Source of the DNA: Alphaproteobacteria bacterium | Lineage (GTDB): Bacteria; Pseudomonadota; Alphaproteobacteria; RF32; CAG-239 | Length of the DNA stretch: 64,000 nucleotides | Assembly (NCBI GenBank): GCA_045602545.1 | Contig: JAZSBR010000024.1 | Location: 20,749 to 84,748, forward strand | Direction of reading: 5' to 3' | In this document: positions 20,653-29,218 of the stretch, piece by piece | Position numbering within the stretch: the stretch's first letter is position 1 | How the letters are laid out: the number at the start of each line of letters is the position of its first letter | Program-made: the position numbers and the translations under genes | Notes under the pieces: generated by a model | The model's database searches: none | What the model saw: the letters and a program-made list of their open reading frames with translations, nothing else | What the model was told of the DNA's origin: nothing

Positions 20653-21431
20653 TGTTTGTTGATAGTCATTGTCATATAATTTCCGAGGATTTTGCTTTAG
20701 ATCGTACGGATTGCATTAAACGTGCGTTTGATGCCGGAGTTGGTTGCATATTGGACGCCAGCGGTGGAGTTGATGAGCAGAAGTTGCAACAGATGGCTGA
20801 ACTTTGCAATAGTCACAGATGTATTTTTGCAACCATAGGTGTACATCCGGAAGACGCGGAATATTTTACTGATATAACGGCTGAAAAATTGGTTAAGCTA
20901 AGCGAGGCAAAACATATTATCGGTATTGGAGAGTGCGGGTTGGATTATCATTATAATTCAAATACTAAAGCTGAACAACTTAAAGTTTTTGTTGAGCATA
21001 TACACGCTGCGCAAATCACAAAATTGCCGTTGATAATTCATTCTCGTGAAGCTGATGATGATATGATAAAAATTTTGGCGCAAGAGTATGAAAAAGAAGC
21101 TTTTTGCGGAGAATTGCATTGTTTTTCATCATCGCGAAAGCTGGCGGAATTTGCTTTGAAAATAGGGTTTTATGTTTCGGCATCGGGAATCATTACCTTC
21201 AAAAAAAGTGTTGAACTCAGAGAAATTTTTGCCGATGTTCCATTGAACAAATTGTTGATTGAAACCGATGCACCTTATTTGGCTCCCGAGCCGTTCAGAG
21301 GTAAACGCAATGAGCCGGCATATGTTATTAAAACTGCGGAAAAGATGGCAGAAATCAAAAATACCAGCCTTGAAGAAATTGAAAAAATTACCACGGAAAA
21401 CTTTTATCATCTTTTCCCAAAAGCAAAATAA
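20649..21431 (+). CDS. TatD-family metal-dependent hydrolase/DNase
   Basis: It has the FVDSHCH N-terminal motif, GECGLDYHY, and LLIETDAPYLAP. Confidence 0.88.
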   Translation: MMFVDSHCHIISEDFALDRTDCIKRAFDAGVGCILDASGGVDEQKLQQMAELCNSHRCIFATIGVHPEDAEYFTDITAEKLVKLSEAKHIIGIGECGLDYHYNSNTKAEQLKVFVEHIHAAQITKLPLIIHSREADDDMIKILAQEYEKEAFCGELHCFSSSRKLAEFALKIGFYVSASGIITFKKSVELREIFADVPLNKLLIETDAPYLAPEPFRGKRNEPAYVIKTAEKMAEIKNTSLEEIEKITTENFYHLFPKAK

Positions 21432-21477
21432 TCTTAAAATAAAGAACAATAGTTATTTAACGAAATTAAAAAAAATG

Positions 21478-21505
21478 TTGACTGTTTATTTTAAATGGTT
21501 AATAT
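21478..21505 (+). promoter_or_regulatory. Candidate sigma-70 promoter (TTGACT-N16-TAATAT)
   Basis: The hexamers are near-consensus and lie about 30 nt upstream of the AAGGAGG RBS of the 753-aa gene. Confidence 0.4.
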
Positions 21506-21536
21506 TTGGTTAAAAATATTTTTAAGGAGGCTATTT

Positions 21537-23798
21537 ATGAATAAAGGCGTTATTTTTTCCGTTTCAGGTTTGGTATTGTTGCTTGGAGTAGGTGGTGCCG
21601 CTGCTTATTGGTATGGCAATCAGCCGATTAAGGAATATTATCCGAACGGCGCTATCAAAAGTATTGCCGAACGCAAATTGTATGAAAATACCGGAAAGTA
21701 TCAGTTGTTTGCTCAAGATGGTGCGAAAATTTTGGAATATAATCAGCAAAAGGGCGTTAAAAACGGCAAAGGAGAGTTGTTTTTTGCCGATGGTACCGTT
21801 GATGTAAGTTTTCAAAACGGAAAATTGAGCGGTCCGTTGAAAATCAACTCGGCAAAATATGCAGACTTTTTGAAGGAAGTTAATTTTAATATAGATAATT
21901 CCGAGTTAAAAATAACAGCCGGAGAAATGGCTCAAAGCTCGGCTGAAATTGCCTGCGAAGAAGCTGATTTTCTGCTCAATATGCGTGAGATTTTAAATGT
22001 TCAAAATTATGAAAACTTCAAAAATTTCTTCGGTTGCTTGAATTTTAATAAAGCAACATTTACGATAGACGGCGGAAAATGTGTTTATGAGGGTGCATAT
22101 CAGTTTCCTAAGTATCTGGCGGATTCTAAAACATCTTGCGATATCTCAAATGCGGAGTTTTTGGAAAACTATACTCAAAGCTTTAATCTGATGAACGATA
22201 TCAGTGCAGGTATAGCTCAAAGAAACGGCACGGTCGGCTTGACTGCCGGACATATTGAAGATGTTCAAAACTTCAAATTTGAAACGAATTATAAGATTGC
22301 CGATAACAAATTTACGATTTCAGCCACAACCGTTTCAAAAAATGCCACTATTGAGCAGAAAGGTTCATTCGGTGGTTTGGAAGATGTGGTTGATAATGCT
22401 GTGGAATTTGCTTTTTCAGCTAAAGGCGATGAAGATGTCAAAAAGATTGTATCAAGTGTTTTGAAAAATTTGTCTTGGGCAGATTGGGAAGCAACAATTA
22501 ACGGCAAAAAGCGCTTTACCGTTAACGGAGATTTCAACTTTATGAACGGATTTTCCGATCCGTATGTGATGTCGTATTACAGCAATGATGAAGTTACTAC
22601 CCAGTGGAAGTTTGATGCAAAAGGAACGCAATTGACTTCAAAATATCCAAACACAAATAAGCCTTTGTTTTCTTTCGGAATAAGCATCAATGACGGATTT
22701 AAAAAGGCATATAAAGCCTTGGCACAAGATGGCTTAAGCATGGCTTTAAACGGCACACCGTCGTTTAATCCGGCATTGATGGCAAGATTGCAAAATGAGG
22801 CGGTTGCATTGCTTAAGGGCATAAATTCCGTCAGTGCGGTTTTGATGAATAAAGATGGCGAAAAAACAATATCAGCGGCTATGGCTTTGCAAAAAAATTT
22901 CAATATAGAACAATTTATGCTTTCGCCTTTGCAATTTTTGAATTTTAAGGTTGTTACATATCAAAATAATCAACCGTTTAAGGTGTACGGAGGTAATTTT
23001 ATTCAGGGCTTTAAGCTTAATGATAAACCGCTTCCGGCAGAACAATTCGGGGCTGAAACAGAATACCTTACAAATGTTCTTAAAGACAGTTTTGATGGTA
23101 TTATGGCAGAACTTGAAAAAGCCTATGGTGATTTGGATGAAAATAACATATCTTGGATTGATTCGGATATTGATCCATTCCTGTTTGGCATATATAAAGG
23201 CTATACAGTAGCAAAGGACCAAATGGGACTTGAAGAAGATGTTATTAAACCAGAAGCTGAAGATTCTGATTATTCTGAATCTGTTGTCGGTGATGAAATA
23301 AATATGATTGTTTCAAACACAAAAATCGCTTTCAGCGGTAATCAATACAACTATAAAGAGTTGAATAATGAAACGGCAGTGCAACTCGGATTAGTTGATA
23401 TTGATGAAAATATGAAACCTATTAACAGTTTTAACGGCAAAGTTGTTGTTCGTCCGACACCTAAAACAGCCGGAAGTCTGGCAAATGATGCGTTTATTGT
23501 AGCATTAAGCGGTATTCCTGATGAATATTGTGAAAACTTTTTGGTTGCTGAATTAGATGAGTTGCCACAAGACGGGTTTATCGGAATTGCCGTCGGTAAT
23601 ATGAATGTTGCACCGTTGGGATTTGCCGAACTTAATAAGTTGACGCAAGATAAAGAAGCTTCCGATAGTATTGACGGCTCAAAAGGTTATTTTGCCGTTA
23701 AGGCGCAGAACATTGATAATCTGCTGAGTGAAGATGTTGTGCAAAATGTTTGCGCCGGCGGGGAAAAGGGAAATTTCGTGGCTGTGAAATATTATTGA
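21537..23798 (+). CDS. Large membrane-anchored/exported protein with N-terminal MORN/YwqK-like repeats and a C-terminal pilin-head-like domain
   Basis: The start at 21537 has AAGGAGG upstream. An N-terminal TM/signal segment (VIFSVSGLVLLLGVGGAAAYWY) is followed by YYPNGAIKS...GKGELFFADG repeats. The C-terminal 124 aa align by eye with the pilin-like protein at 29219. Confidence 0.6.
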   Translation: MNKGVIFSVSGLVLLLGVGGAAAYWYGNQPIKEYYPNGAIKSIAERKLYENTGKYQLFAQDGAKILEYNQQKGVKNGKGELFFADGTVDVSFQNGKLSGPLKINSAKYADFLKEVNFNIDNSELKITAGEMAQSSAEIACEEADFLLNMREILNVQNYENFKNFFGCLNFNKATFTIDGGKCVYEGAYQFPKYLADSKTSCDISNAEFLENYTQSFNLMNDISAGIAQRNGTVGLTAGHIEDVQNFKFETNYKIADNKFTISATTVSKNATIEQKGSFGGLEDVVDNAVEFAFSAKGDEDVKKIVSSVLKNLSWADWEATINGKKRFTVNGDFNFMNGFSDPYVMSYYSNDEVTTQWKFDAKGTQLTSKYPNTNKPLFSFGISINDGFKKAYKALAQDGLSMALNGTPSFNPALMARLQNEAVALLKGINSVSAVLMNKDGEKTISAAMALQKNFNIEQFMLSPLQFLNFKVVTYQNNQPFKVYGGNFIQGFKLNDKPLPAEQFGAETEYLTNVLKDSFDGIMAELEKAYGDLDENNISWIDSDIDPFLFGIYKGYTVAKDQMGLEEDVIKPEAEDSDYSESVVGDEINMIVSNTKIAFSGNQYNYKELNNETAVQLGLVDIDENMKPINSFNGKVVVRPTPKTAGSLANDAFIVALSGIPDEYCENFLVAELDELPQDGFIGIAVGNMNVAPLGFAELNKLTQDKEASDSIDGSKGYFAVKAQNIDNLLSEDVVQNVCAGGEKGNFVAVKYY

Positions 23799-23909
23799 TT
23801 TATAAAGCGCAAAATGAGAAAATTGTGCAAAAAATAAACCTTTTGATATACAGCTGAACAAAAGTATAATAGCTTTTATGGTGTTAATGGACTTTTAAGG
23901 AGAAAATTT

Positions 23910-24365
23910 ATGAAAAAATTATTCGGAGCGTTAATTGTTTGCTCATCTTTGGCTTTAACAAGCACTGCCGGTGCAGTTGATTCTACCGGTGGTTGCGGTT
24001 TGGGCTCTATGGCTTGGCGCGGTCAATCCGGAATTATTCCGCAGTCGCTGGCTATGACCACAAACCATTGGTTTTCAAACACCATCGGTGTTACCTTGGG
24101 TACATCCGGTTGTGATCCGAACGGTCGTATTACCGGCGGAACAGGCAGAATGACTTTGGCATTTTTGCAAGACAATATGGAACAATTTGCAATGGATGCT
24201 GCTGCCGGCAAAGGTGAAACCATTGATACTTTGGCAGGTATTTTGGATGTTGACAGTGAAAAATTGGGTAAAGATATTCAACAGAATTTTGCCTATATTT
24301 TCCCGAATGACAACGTTGAAGTGGCTGAAGTAACCATTAAAGTTATGGATATTGCCAACGTATAA
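23910..24365 (+). CDS. Secreted DUF3015-like protein
   Basis: It has a signal peptide plus GGCGLGSMAW...AMTTNHWFSNTIGVTLGTSGC. That matches the DUF3015 pattern as I recall it, and I cannot confirm it without an HMM. Confidence 0.55.
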   Translation: MKKLFGALIVCSSLALTSTAGAVDSTGGCGLGSMAWRGQSGIIPQSLAMTTNHWFSNTIGVTLGTSGCDPNGRITGGTGRMTLAFLQDNMEQFAMDAAAGKGETIDTLAGILDVDSEKLGKDIQQNFAYIFPNDNVEVAEVTIKVMDIANV

Positions 24366-24377
24366 AAAATACTGACT

Positions 24378-24516
24378 TGTCATTGCGAGGAGAACTTTTG
24401 TTCGACGTGGCAATCTCTTTAAATAAGCGACTGATGAGAAAATGGAACTTTATTATAAAAATCACCGGTTGATTGAGATTACCACGTCGCGATTTTTATC
24501 GCTCCTCGTAATGACA
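24378..24516. mobile_element. MITE-like palindromic element (40-bp imperfect terminal inverted repeats)
   Basis: The left arm is TGTCATTGCGAGGAGAACTTTTGTTCGACGTGGCAATCTC (24378-24417). The reverse complement of the right arm is TGTCATTACGAGGAGCGATAAAAATCGCGACGTGGTAATCTC (24475-24516). It has no coding capacity of its own. Confidence 0.5.
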
Positions 24517-26304
24517 TTTTTCTTTTTAAATTCAACAATCTGCTTTGCAAACGAAGTTGAAACATTGGCCACTTCTCCCGAGTGGCTGAAATTGTTGCAT
24601 TATCATCAAAAAACTTTCGGCGGATATGAAGGTTTGGTGGAAAATGATGATTTTTATGTTGCTGAAAACGGACGAAAAAATCCGCTTGCGGAGCTGAAAG
24701 CCGAAATAGAAGATTTTGCCGAAGAAAAGGGGAAAAAGTGCGAATTTCCGGCACGTTTTGAGTTTTTGAAAAAACATAAACTTATAAAAGGTAATCTTGA
24801 TAATTGTGAGGATTATCAACAATTTATGGGTGATGTTAAGCCGAACGGAATCACGGTCTTATTTACGAACGCATATATGAATAATCCGGCGTCATTATTC
24901 GGGCATACGCTCATCCGCATTGATACAAAGCGCAAAGGTACGCAAATGCTGGCGCACGGTTCAAATTTCGGGGCGGATTCCGGCACTGAATTCGGTTTTA
25001 TGTTTGCTTTTAAGGGGCTTATGGGAGGTTATCAGGGAGTTTACAGTATCAGTCCTTATTGGGAAATAATCAACACTTATAACAATATTGAAAACCGCGA
25101 TATTTGGGAATATCACTTAAATTTGAGTGATGAAGAGCAGATAAAGTTTGTTAATCATCTTTATGAAATGCGCAAAGCCCGCATTCGCTATTATTTTTTG
25201 AGTAAAAATTGCTCATATATGGTTTTGGAATTGATTGAGGCGGTGCGTCCGGAAATTGACCTTACTTCTGGCTATAAAAATATGTGGGTTATTCCGCTTG
25301 ATACCTTAAAAACCATAAAAAATGAGCCGAATCTGGTGAGTGAAATAAATTATCGTCCGGCGCGTTTGACCAAAATTAAAAACAGTTTGCAAAATATGAG
25401 CGATGAGCAATATAAGGCGTTTGTGAACGGTGTGAAAAATTATGATTATGAAATGCCGGAACTTGCGCAAAAAGAACAGGCTGAGGTTTTGGAAACGACA
25501 TATCAGTATTTTCAATATCGTTATGTGGAAAAAGATATGGAGCTGGCTGAATATCGCAAAAACAGTTTTGCGGTTTTGAGAAAAAGAAGTGCTATGCCGA
25601 AAATAGAATTGCAAAATAATTTTGCGGGAAAAAATCCCGAAAACTCACATGATTCAATGCGTGTTTCTTTTAGAACGGGTGTTTATAACAAAAAAAGCTA
25701 TGAAGAGCTGGAAATAAGACCGGCTTATACGGCATTAACTGATTCGTCATATGGATTGGTTAAGGGCGCGGAAGTCAGTGTTTTTAAGAGCGTTTGGCGC
25801 TATTATAATCAAAAGCATAGGGCTGTTTTACAAAGCTTTCAACCGCTTAATATTTTATCAATAGTGCCGGCGGACAGGGTGTTTTCGCCGATTTCATATT
25901 CCACAAATGTTGAGCTGAAACGAGAATTTAATCCCAAAAATGAAAAAGAAGGTTATGTCGGGGATTTGGGGCTTGGAATTGGCAAAACGGCGGAGTTTTT
26001 CCTTAAAATCAGAATTTACGGCCTTGTTGAGGCGAGGGGACAATATGGCGGTTTAATGGCGCACAATTATTGGCTCGGTCTTGCTCCGCGCGGTGGCGTT
26101 TACGGCGATTTCGGAAGATTCCGCTTGCACTTTTGGACGCGTCAAACGTTTGCAACGCGCAAATTCGGCGAAAGGCTTGAATATTCGGCTCAAGCGGCAT
26201 ACGGCTTGAGTGAAAATCTGTCACTTGCCTTAAAATATTTTTCTTCGCACAACAAAGGCAAAAATCAGGAAGATTATGCCCTTGATTTAAGCTGGAGCTA
26301 TTAA
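24442..26304 (+). CDS. DUF4105 (Lnb N-terminal domain) family protein with beta-strand-rich C-terminal half
   Basis: WLKLLHYHQ...ENDDFYV and PASLFGHTLIRID are typical of DUF4105. The C-terminus has an alternating hydrophobic pattern and ends in ...LDLSWSY. The start codon lies inside the palindromic element. Confidence 0.7.
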   Translation: MELYYKNHRLIEITTSRFLSLLVMTFFFLNSTICFANEVETLATSPEWLKLLHYHQKTFGGYEGLVENDDFYVAENGRKNPLAELKAEIEDFAEEKGKKCEFPARFEFLKKHKLIKGNLDNCEDYQQFMGDVKPNGITVLFTNAYMNNPASLFGHTLIRIDTKRKGTQMLAHGSNFGADSGTEFGFMFAFKGLMGGYQGVYSISPYWEIINTYNNIENRDIWEYHLNLSDEEQIKFVNHLYEMRKARIRYYFLSKNCSYMVLELIEAVRPEIDLTSGYKNMWVIPLDTLKTIKNEPNLVSEINYRPARLTKIKNSLQNMSDEQYKAFVNGVKNYDYEMPELAQKEQAEVLETTYQYFQYRYVEKDMELAEYRKNSFAVLRKRSAMPKIELQNNFAGKNPENSHDSMRVSFRTGVYNKKSYEELEIRPAYTALTDSSYGLVKGAEVSVFKSVWRYYNQKHRAVLQSFQPLNILSIVPADRVFSPISYSTNVELKREFNPKNEKEGYVGDLGLGIGKTAEFFLKIRIYGLVEARGQYGGLMAHNYWLGLAPRGGVYGDFGRFRLHFWTRQTFATRKFGERLEYSAQAAYGLSENLSLALKYFSSHNKGKNQEDYALDLSWSY

Positions 26305-26311
26305 AAAGCGG

Positions 26312-28054
26312 TTATACGTTTGCGGTGAAGATTGCACCGCTAACTTCGGTTTCATCTTCTTGACGCAAGATAATGTTTTGGATTAAAATGTTTGAATAAC
26401 CAGATGATTTTAGTAGATTTTCTATATATTTAGGATTATGTTGCCAACGTCCGTTCGGCTGAAGTATAAAGGTTTCAACCAAAGGATTTATCTCAACCGA
26501 AAACACCAGTTTCATCGGCAGGCAAAGCTTGAAAATTTCCTCCAAATTATCAAAATAGCAGAAAACATCGGAGGCTGTAATGAGGTCAAAATGTTCGGTA
26601 TTTTTCTTCAAAAAATCAACTATTTCTGCGCATTCAAGTTTTTTATAAACCTTTTTTTGACTGGCGAGAGCCAGCATTTTTTCGGATATGTCAACGCCGA
26701 TGATTTCATTTTTATCATTTTTCAGGGCCTCGCCCAAAAGTCCGGAACCGCACCCTAAATCAAGAATTTTTCCGCTCGGTTGCCCGCAAATTTCAGCTAT
26801 TTTTTGCACTGTCTGATAATTTATTTTTTGCAAAGTGTCTTCATAAGTGGGGGCGAAAGTATCAAAAAGCAAGCGATTATACTCGGTTTCAACTTCGCTT
26901 TTTTGCCCGTTGATAACCGCCCACAGGTGCTTGGCTACAATATTTTCCGGCATTTTTTCATACCAGTTTGAAGCGATTTTTTTGGCTTTTTCCGGCGCCG
27001 TTTTATTAAATAAAATCAGAGTTTCAGCCAAATTTATACTCCAGTCTTGATGCTCGGGCGCCTTATAATAAGCATTAAACATCAATGACAGAGCCTGCTC
27101 ATATTCCTGCAATTCTTTCAAAATAAGTGCCAGATTATAACTTATTTCCGGTGTTTCAGGCGCAATTAAAACGGCTTTGCGGTATTCTTCCAAAGCCTCC
27201 AAAGTGCGTTTGTTTTTACACAAAAGGTTGGCATAATTTGTGTGAGCGGAAAGATTATTTTCATCTGTTTTAATCGCTTTTTTATAATATTTTTCCGCTT
27301 CTTTGAAATTTGAGTTTTCCGCCTCCAAATCGGCAATTTTTAATAATGCCTGAGGGTTATGCGGGTTAATGTCAATCGCCTGATAAAAAAGCTTTAAGGC
27401 TTCATTTTTATCATCATTGCTTTCAAGCAAAACCTCTCCCAACATAACTTTAATCTCATCAGAGACAAGAAGGTTGTCGGCTTGTTTTAAATATTGTTTT
27501 GCTTTCGTGTAGTCTTTGTCGGATATTTTTCGACGCGCTAAATAATAGAAAATTGTGGCGCAATTCGGATATTTAAGGCTCAAATTTTCCAAAGTTTTTT
27601 CATCGTTTCTCAAATCGGCGAGGTTGGCGGCGGCTTCGGCATAATCATTATCAAGCGCCAGAGCCTGCTCAAATTCGGATTCGGCCTTTTCGTTTTGTTT
27701 TAAGAGCCAAAAAATATTACCGCGCCCATAGTGCGCCTCTTTTACATCCGGTTTAAGGAACAAAACTTTGGCATAAGCCTCCAAAGCCTCCAAATGCCGG
27801 CCGATTGCCTCTAATGATATCGCCAGATTGAAAAAAATCGGAAAATGCTTGGGCGCACTTTCTGCCGCGCGATAAAAATAAGAACATGCTTCTTGATGAA
27901 ATCCGCGTTGTTGGGCGATAAGTCCGAGCAAATTTAAGACATCGGCATTATTCGGTGCCGTTTCCAAAATCTGGCGATAAATCTGCTCTGCATCGCTCAA
28001 GGCTCCGTCTTGTTGCAGTTTCAGAGCCTTTTGAAACATCAATTCATAAGACAT
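26312..28054 (-). CDS. TPR-repeat protein fused to a class I SAM-dependent methyltransferase
   Basis: About 10 TPR-like repeats are followed by the SAM motif ILDLGCGSGLLGEAL and a post-I motif (IIGVDISEKM). Confidence 0.8.
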   Translation of the reverse strand: MSYELMFQKALKLQQDGALSDAEQIYRQILETAPNNADVLNLLGLIAQQRGFHQEACSYFYRAAESAPKHFPIFFNLAISLEAIGRHLEALEAYAKVLFLKPDVKEAHYGRGNIFWLLKQNEKAESEFEQALALDNDYAEAAANLADLRNDEKTLENLSLKYPNCATIFYYLARRKISDKDYTKAKQYLKQADNLLVSDEIKVMLGEVLLESNDDKNEALKLFYQAIDINPHNPQALLKIADLEAENSNFKEAEKYYKKAIKTDENNLSAHTNYANLLCKNKRTLEALEEYRKAVLIAPETPEISYNLALILKELQEYEQALSLMFNAYYKAPEHQDWSINLAETLILFNKTAPEKAKKIASNWYEKMPENIVAKHLWAVINGQKSEVETEYNRLLFDTFAPTYEDTLQKINYQTVQKIAEICGQPSGKILDLGCGSGLLGEALKNDKNEIIGVDISEKMLALASQKKVYKKLECAEIVDFLKKNTEHFDLITASDVFCYFDNLEEIFKLCLPMKLVFSVEINPLVETFILQPNGRWQHNPKYIENLLKSSGYSNILIQNIILRQEDETEVSGAIFTANV

Positions 28055-28055
28055 T

Positions 28056-28547
28056 TTATTGCTCTATGGCATAAATATCCTTAACGGCCCAACCTTCTCC
28101 GGCAGGACTTAATACATAAATTACGCGACCGTGGCAAAGTCCGAACCATGTGCCGTTGCAAGTGCTGTCGGTATAATATTCAACAGTTTGATTATTGAGA
28201 GATTTTTTCTCCACAAATTTATAGCTGATTTCGCTAGGTCTGTCGGTGCCGGAATCCGTAATGAAAATAAATTGCGGAATTTTTGCTTCCTTACAACCTT
28301 CAAAAGTCGGATCAATCGTGCATTTAACAGCCTGTTCAACGGCACAAAGTTGAGCGTTGTCAGCTTGGCATTCGCTTGAAAGTTCGTCTTTTTTGAATGA
28401 AAACAGTGTTTCCGGTAATTTAGGCTCGGCAACAACAATTGCTTCTTCGTTTTCTACCACAATGGTTTCTTTCGGAGTTTTTTTCAATAAATACCCGCAA
28501 AAAGCAACCAAGGCAACCAAACATACAACAATGATGAATTTTTTCAT
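28056..28547 (-). CDS. Hypothetical exported/anchored Cys-containing protein (163 aa)
   Basis: It has an N-terminal hydrophobic anchor and 6 Cys residues. It is packed tightly between the OMP gene and the TPR-MTase gene, with a 1-nt gap. Confidence 0.55.
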   Translation of the reverse strand: MKKFIIVVCLVALVAFCGYLLKKTPKETIVVENEEAIVVAEPKLPETLFSFKKDELSSECQADNAQLCAVEQAVKCTIDPTFEGCKEAKIPQFIFITDSGTDRPSEISYKFVEKKSLNNQTVEYYTDSTCNGTWFGLCHGRVIYVLSPAGEGWAVKDIYAIEQ

Positions 28548-28565
28548 TTTATTTATCCCTTTATG

Positions 28566-29117
28566 TTAGAAATGATATTCAATACCGGCAGAATATTCAA
28601 TTTGATGATCGAAATCCGAAATACGATCAAAATTAACATATCTGACCAAAGCTCTTGCTTGCCAGTTTTGTGTAAGATTATATTTTAAGCCACCGCCGAA
28701 ACGATAGCCCCAGCCGGAGTCGTTATGATGTTTTTCACCTTTTGCTTTTTTTGAAAAAACGTATTCGCCGGCGCCGATAGTGGCAATCAAATCAAAGCGA
28801 TTATTGCAATCAAGCGGTAAATAACCCAATAAATCCAAACCGTATGAACGATATGAAGTTTTGGTTTTTATACCGTTAAAACGGTTGTTATCATGAGTAC
28901 TTTGATTATAAAAAAGTTCGGTTGAAAAATATTTGCCATATTCCGAACCGACATAAATTCCGCCGATATTATATTTAGGTTTAGCGGTTTTGGCGTGAGC
29001 GGTTGCATAAGAATATGAAAGTCCCGCATAAGGTTTATAGTTATAGCTGTCGGCATTTGCTAAAGCCATTTCAGACATCGCAAAAGCCAATCCGAGAAAA
29101 AATATTGTTTTTTTCAT
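28566..29117 (-). CDS. Small outer-membrane beta-barrel protein (OmpA-like / OMP_b-brl family)
   Basis: It has a signal peptide ending ALA-NA, an alternating beta-strand pattern, and the C-terminus GIEYHF. Confidence 0.75.
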   Translation of the reverse strand: MKKTIFFLGLAFAMSEMALANADSYNYKPYAGLSYSYATAHAKTAKPKYNIGGIYVGSEYGKYFSTELFYNQSTHDNNRFNGIKTKTSYRSYGLDLLGYLPLDCNNRFDLIATIGAGEYVFSKKAKGEKHHNDSGWGYRFGGGLKYNLTQNWQARALVRYVNFDRISDFDHQIEYSAGIEYHF

Positions 29118-29218
29118 GACGTTTATCCTTTATTTAATAAATTTATTGTATTATAATCATAAGAGTTAAAAAATAAAGCAATTTATATTAAATTGTGCAA
29201 AAAAAAGGAGCATTTATT

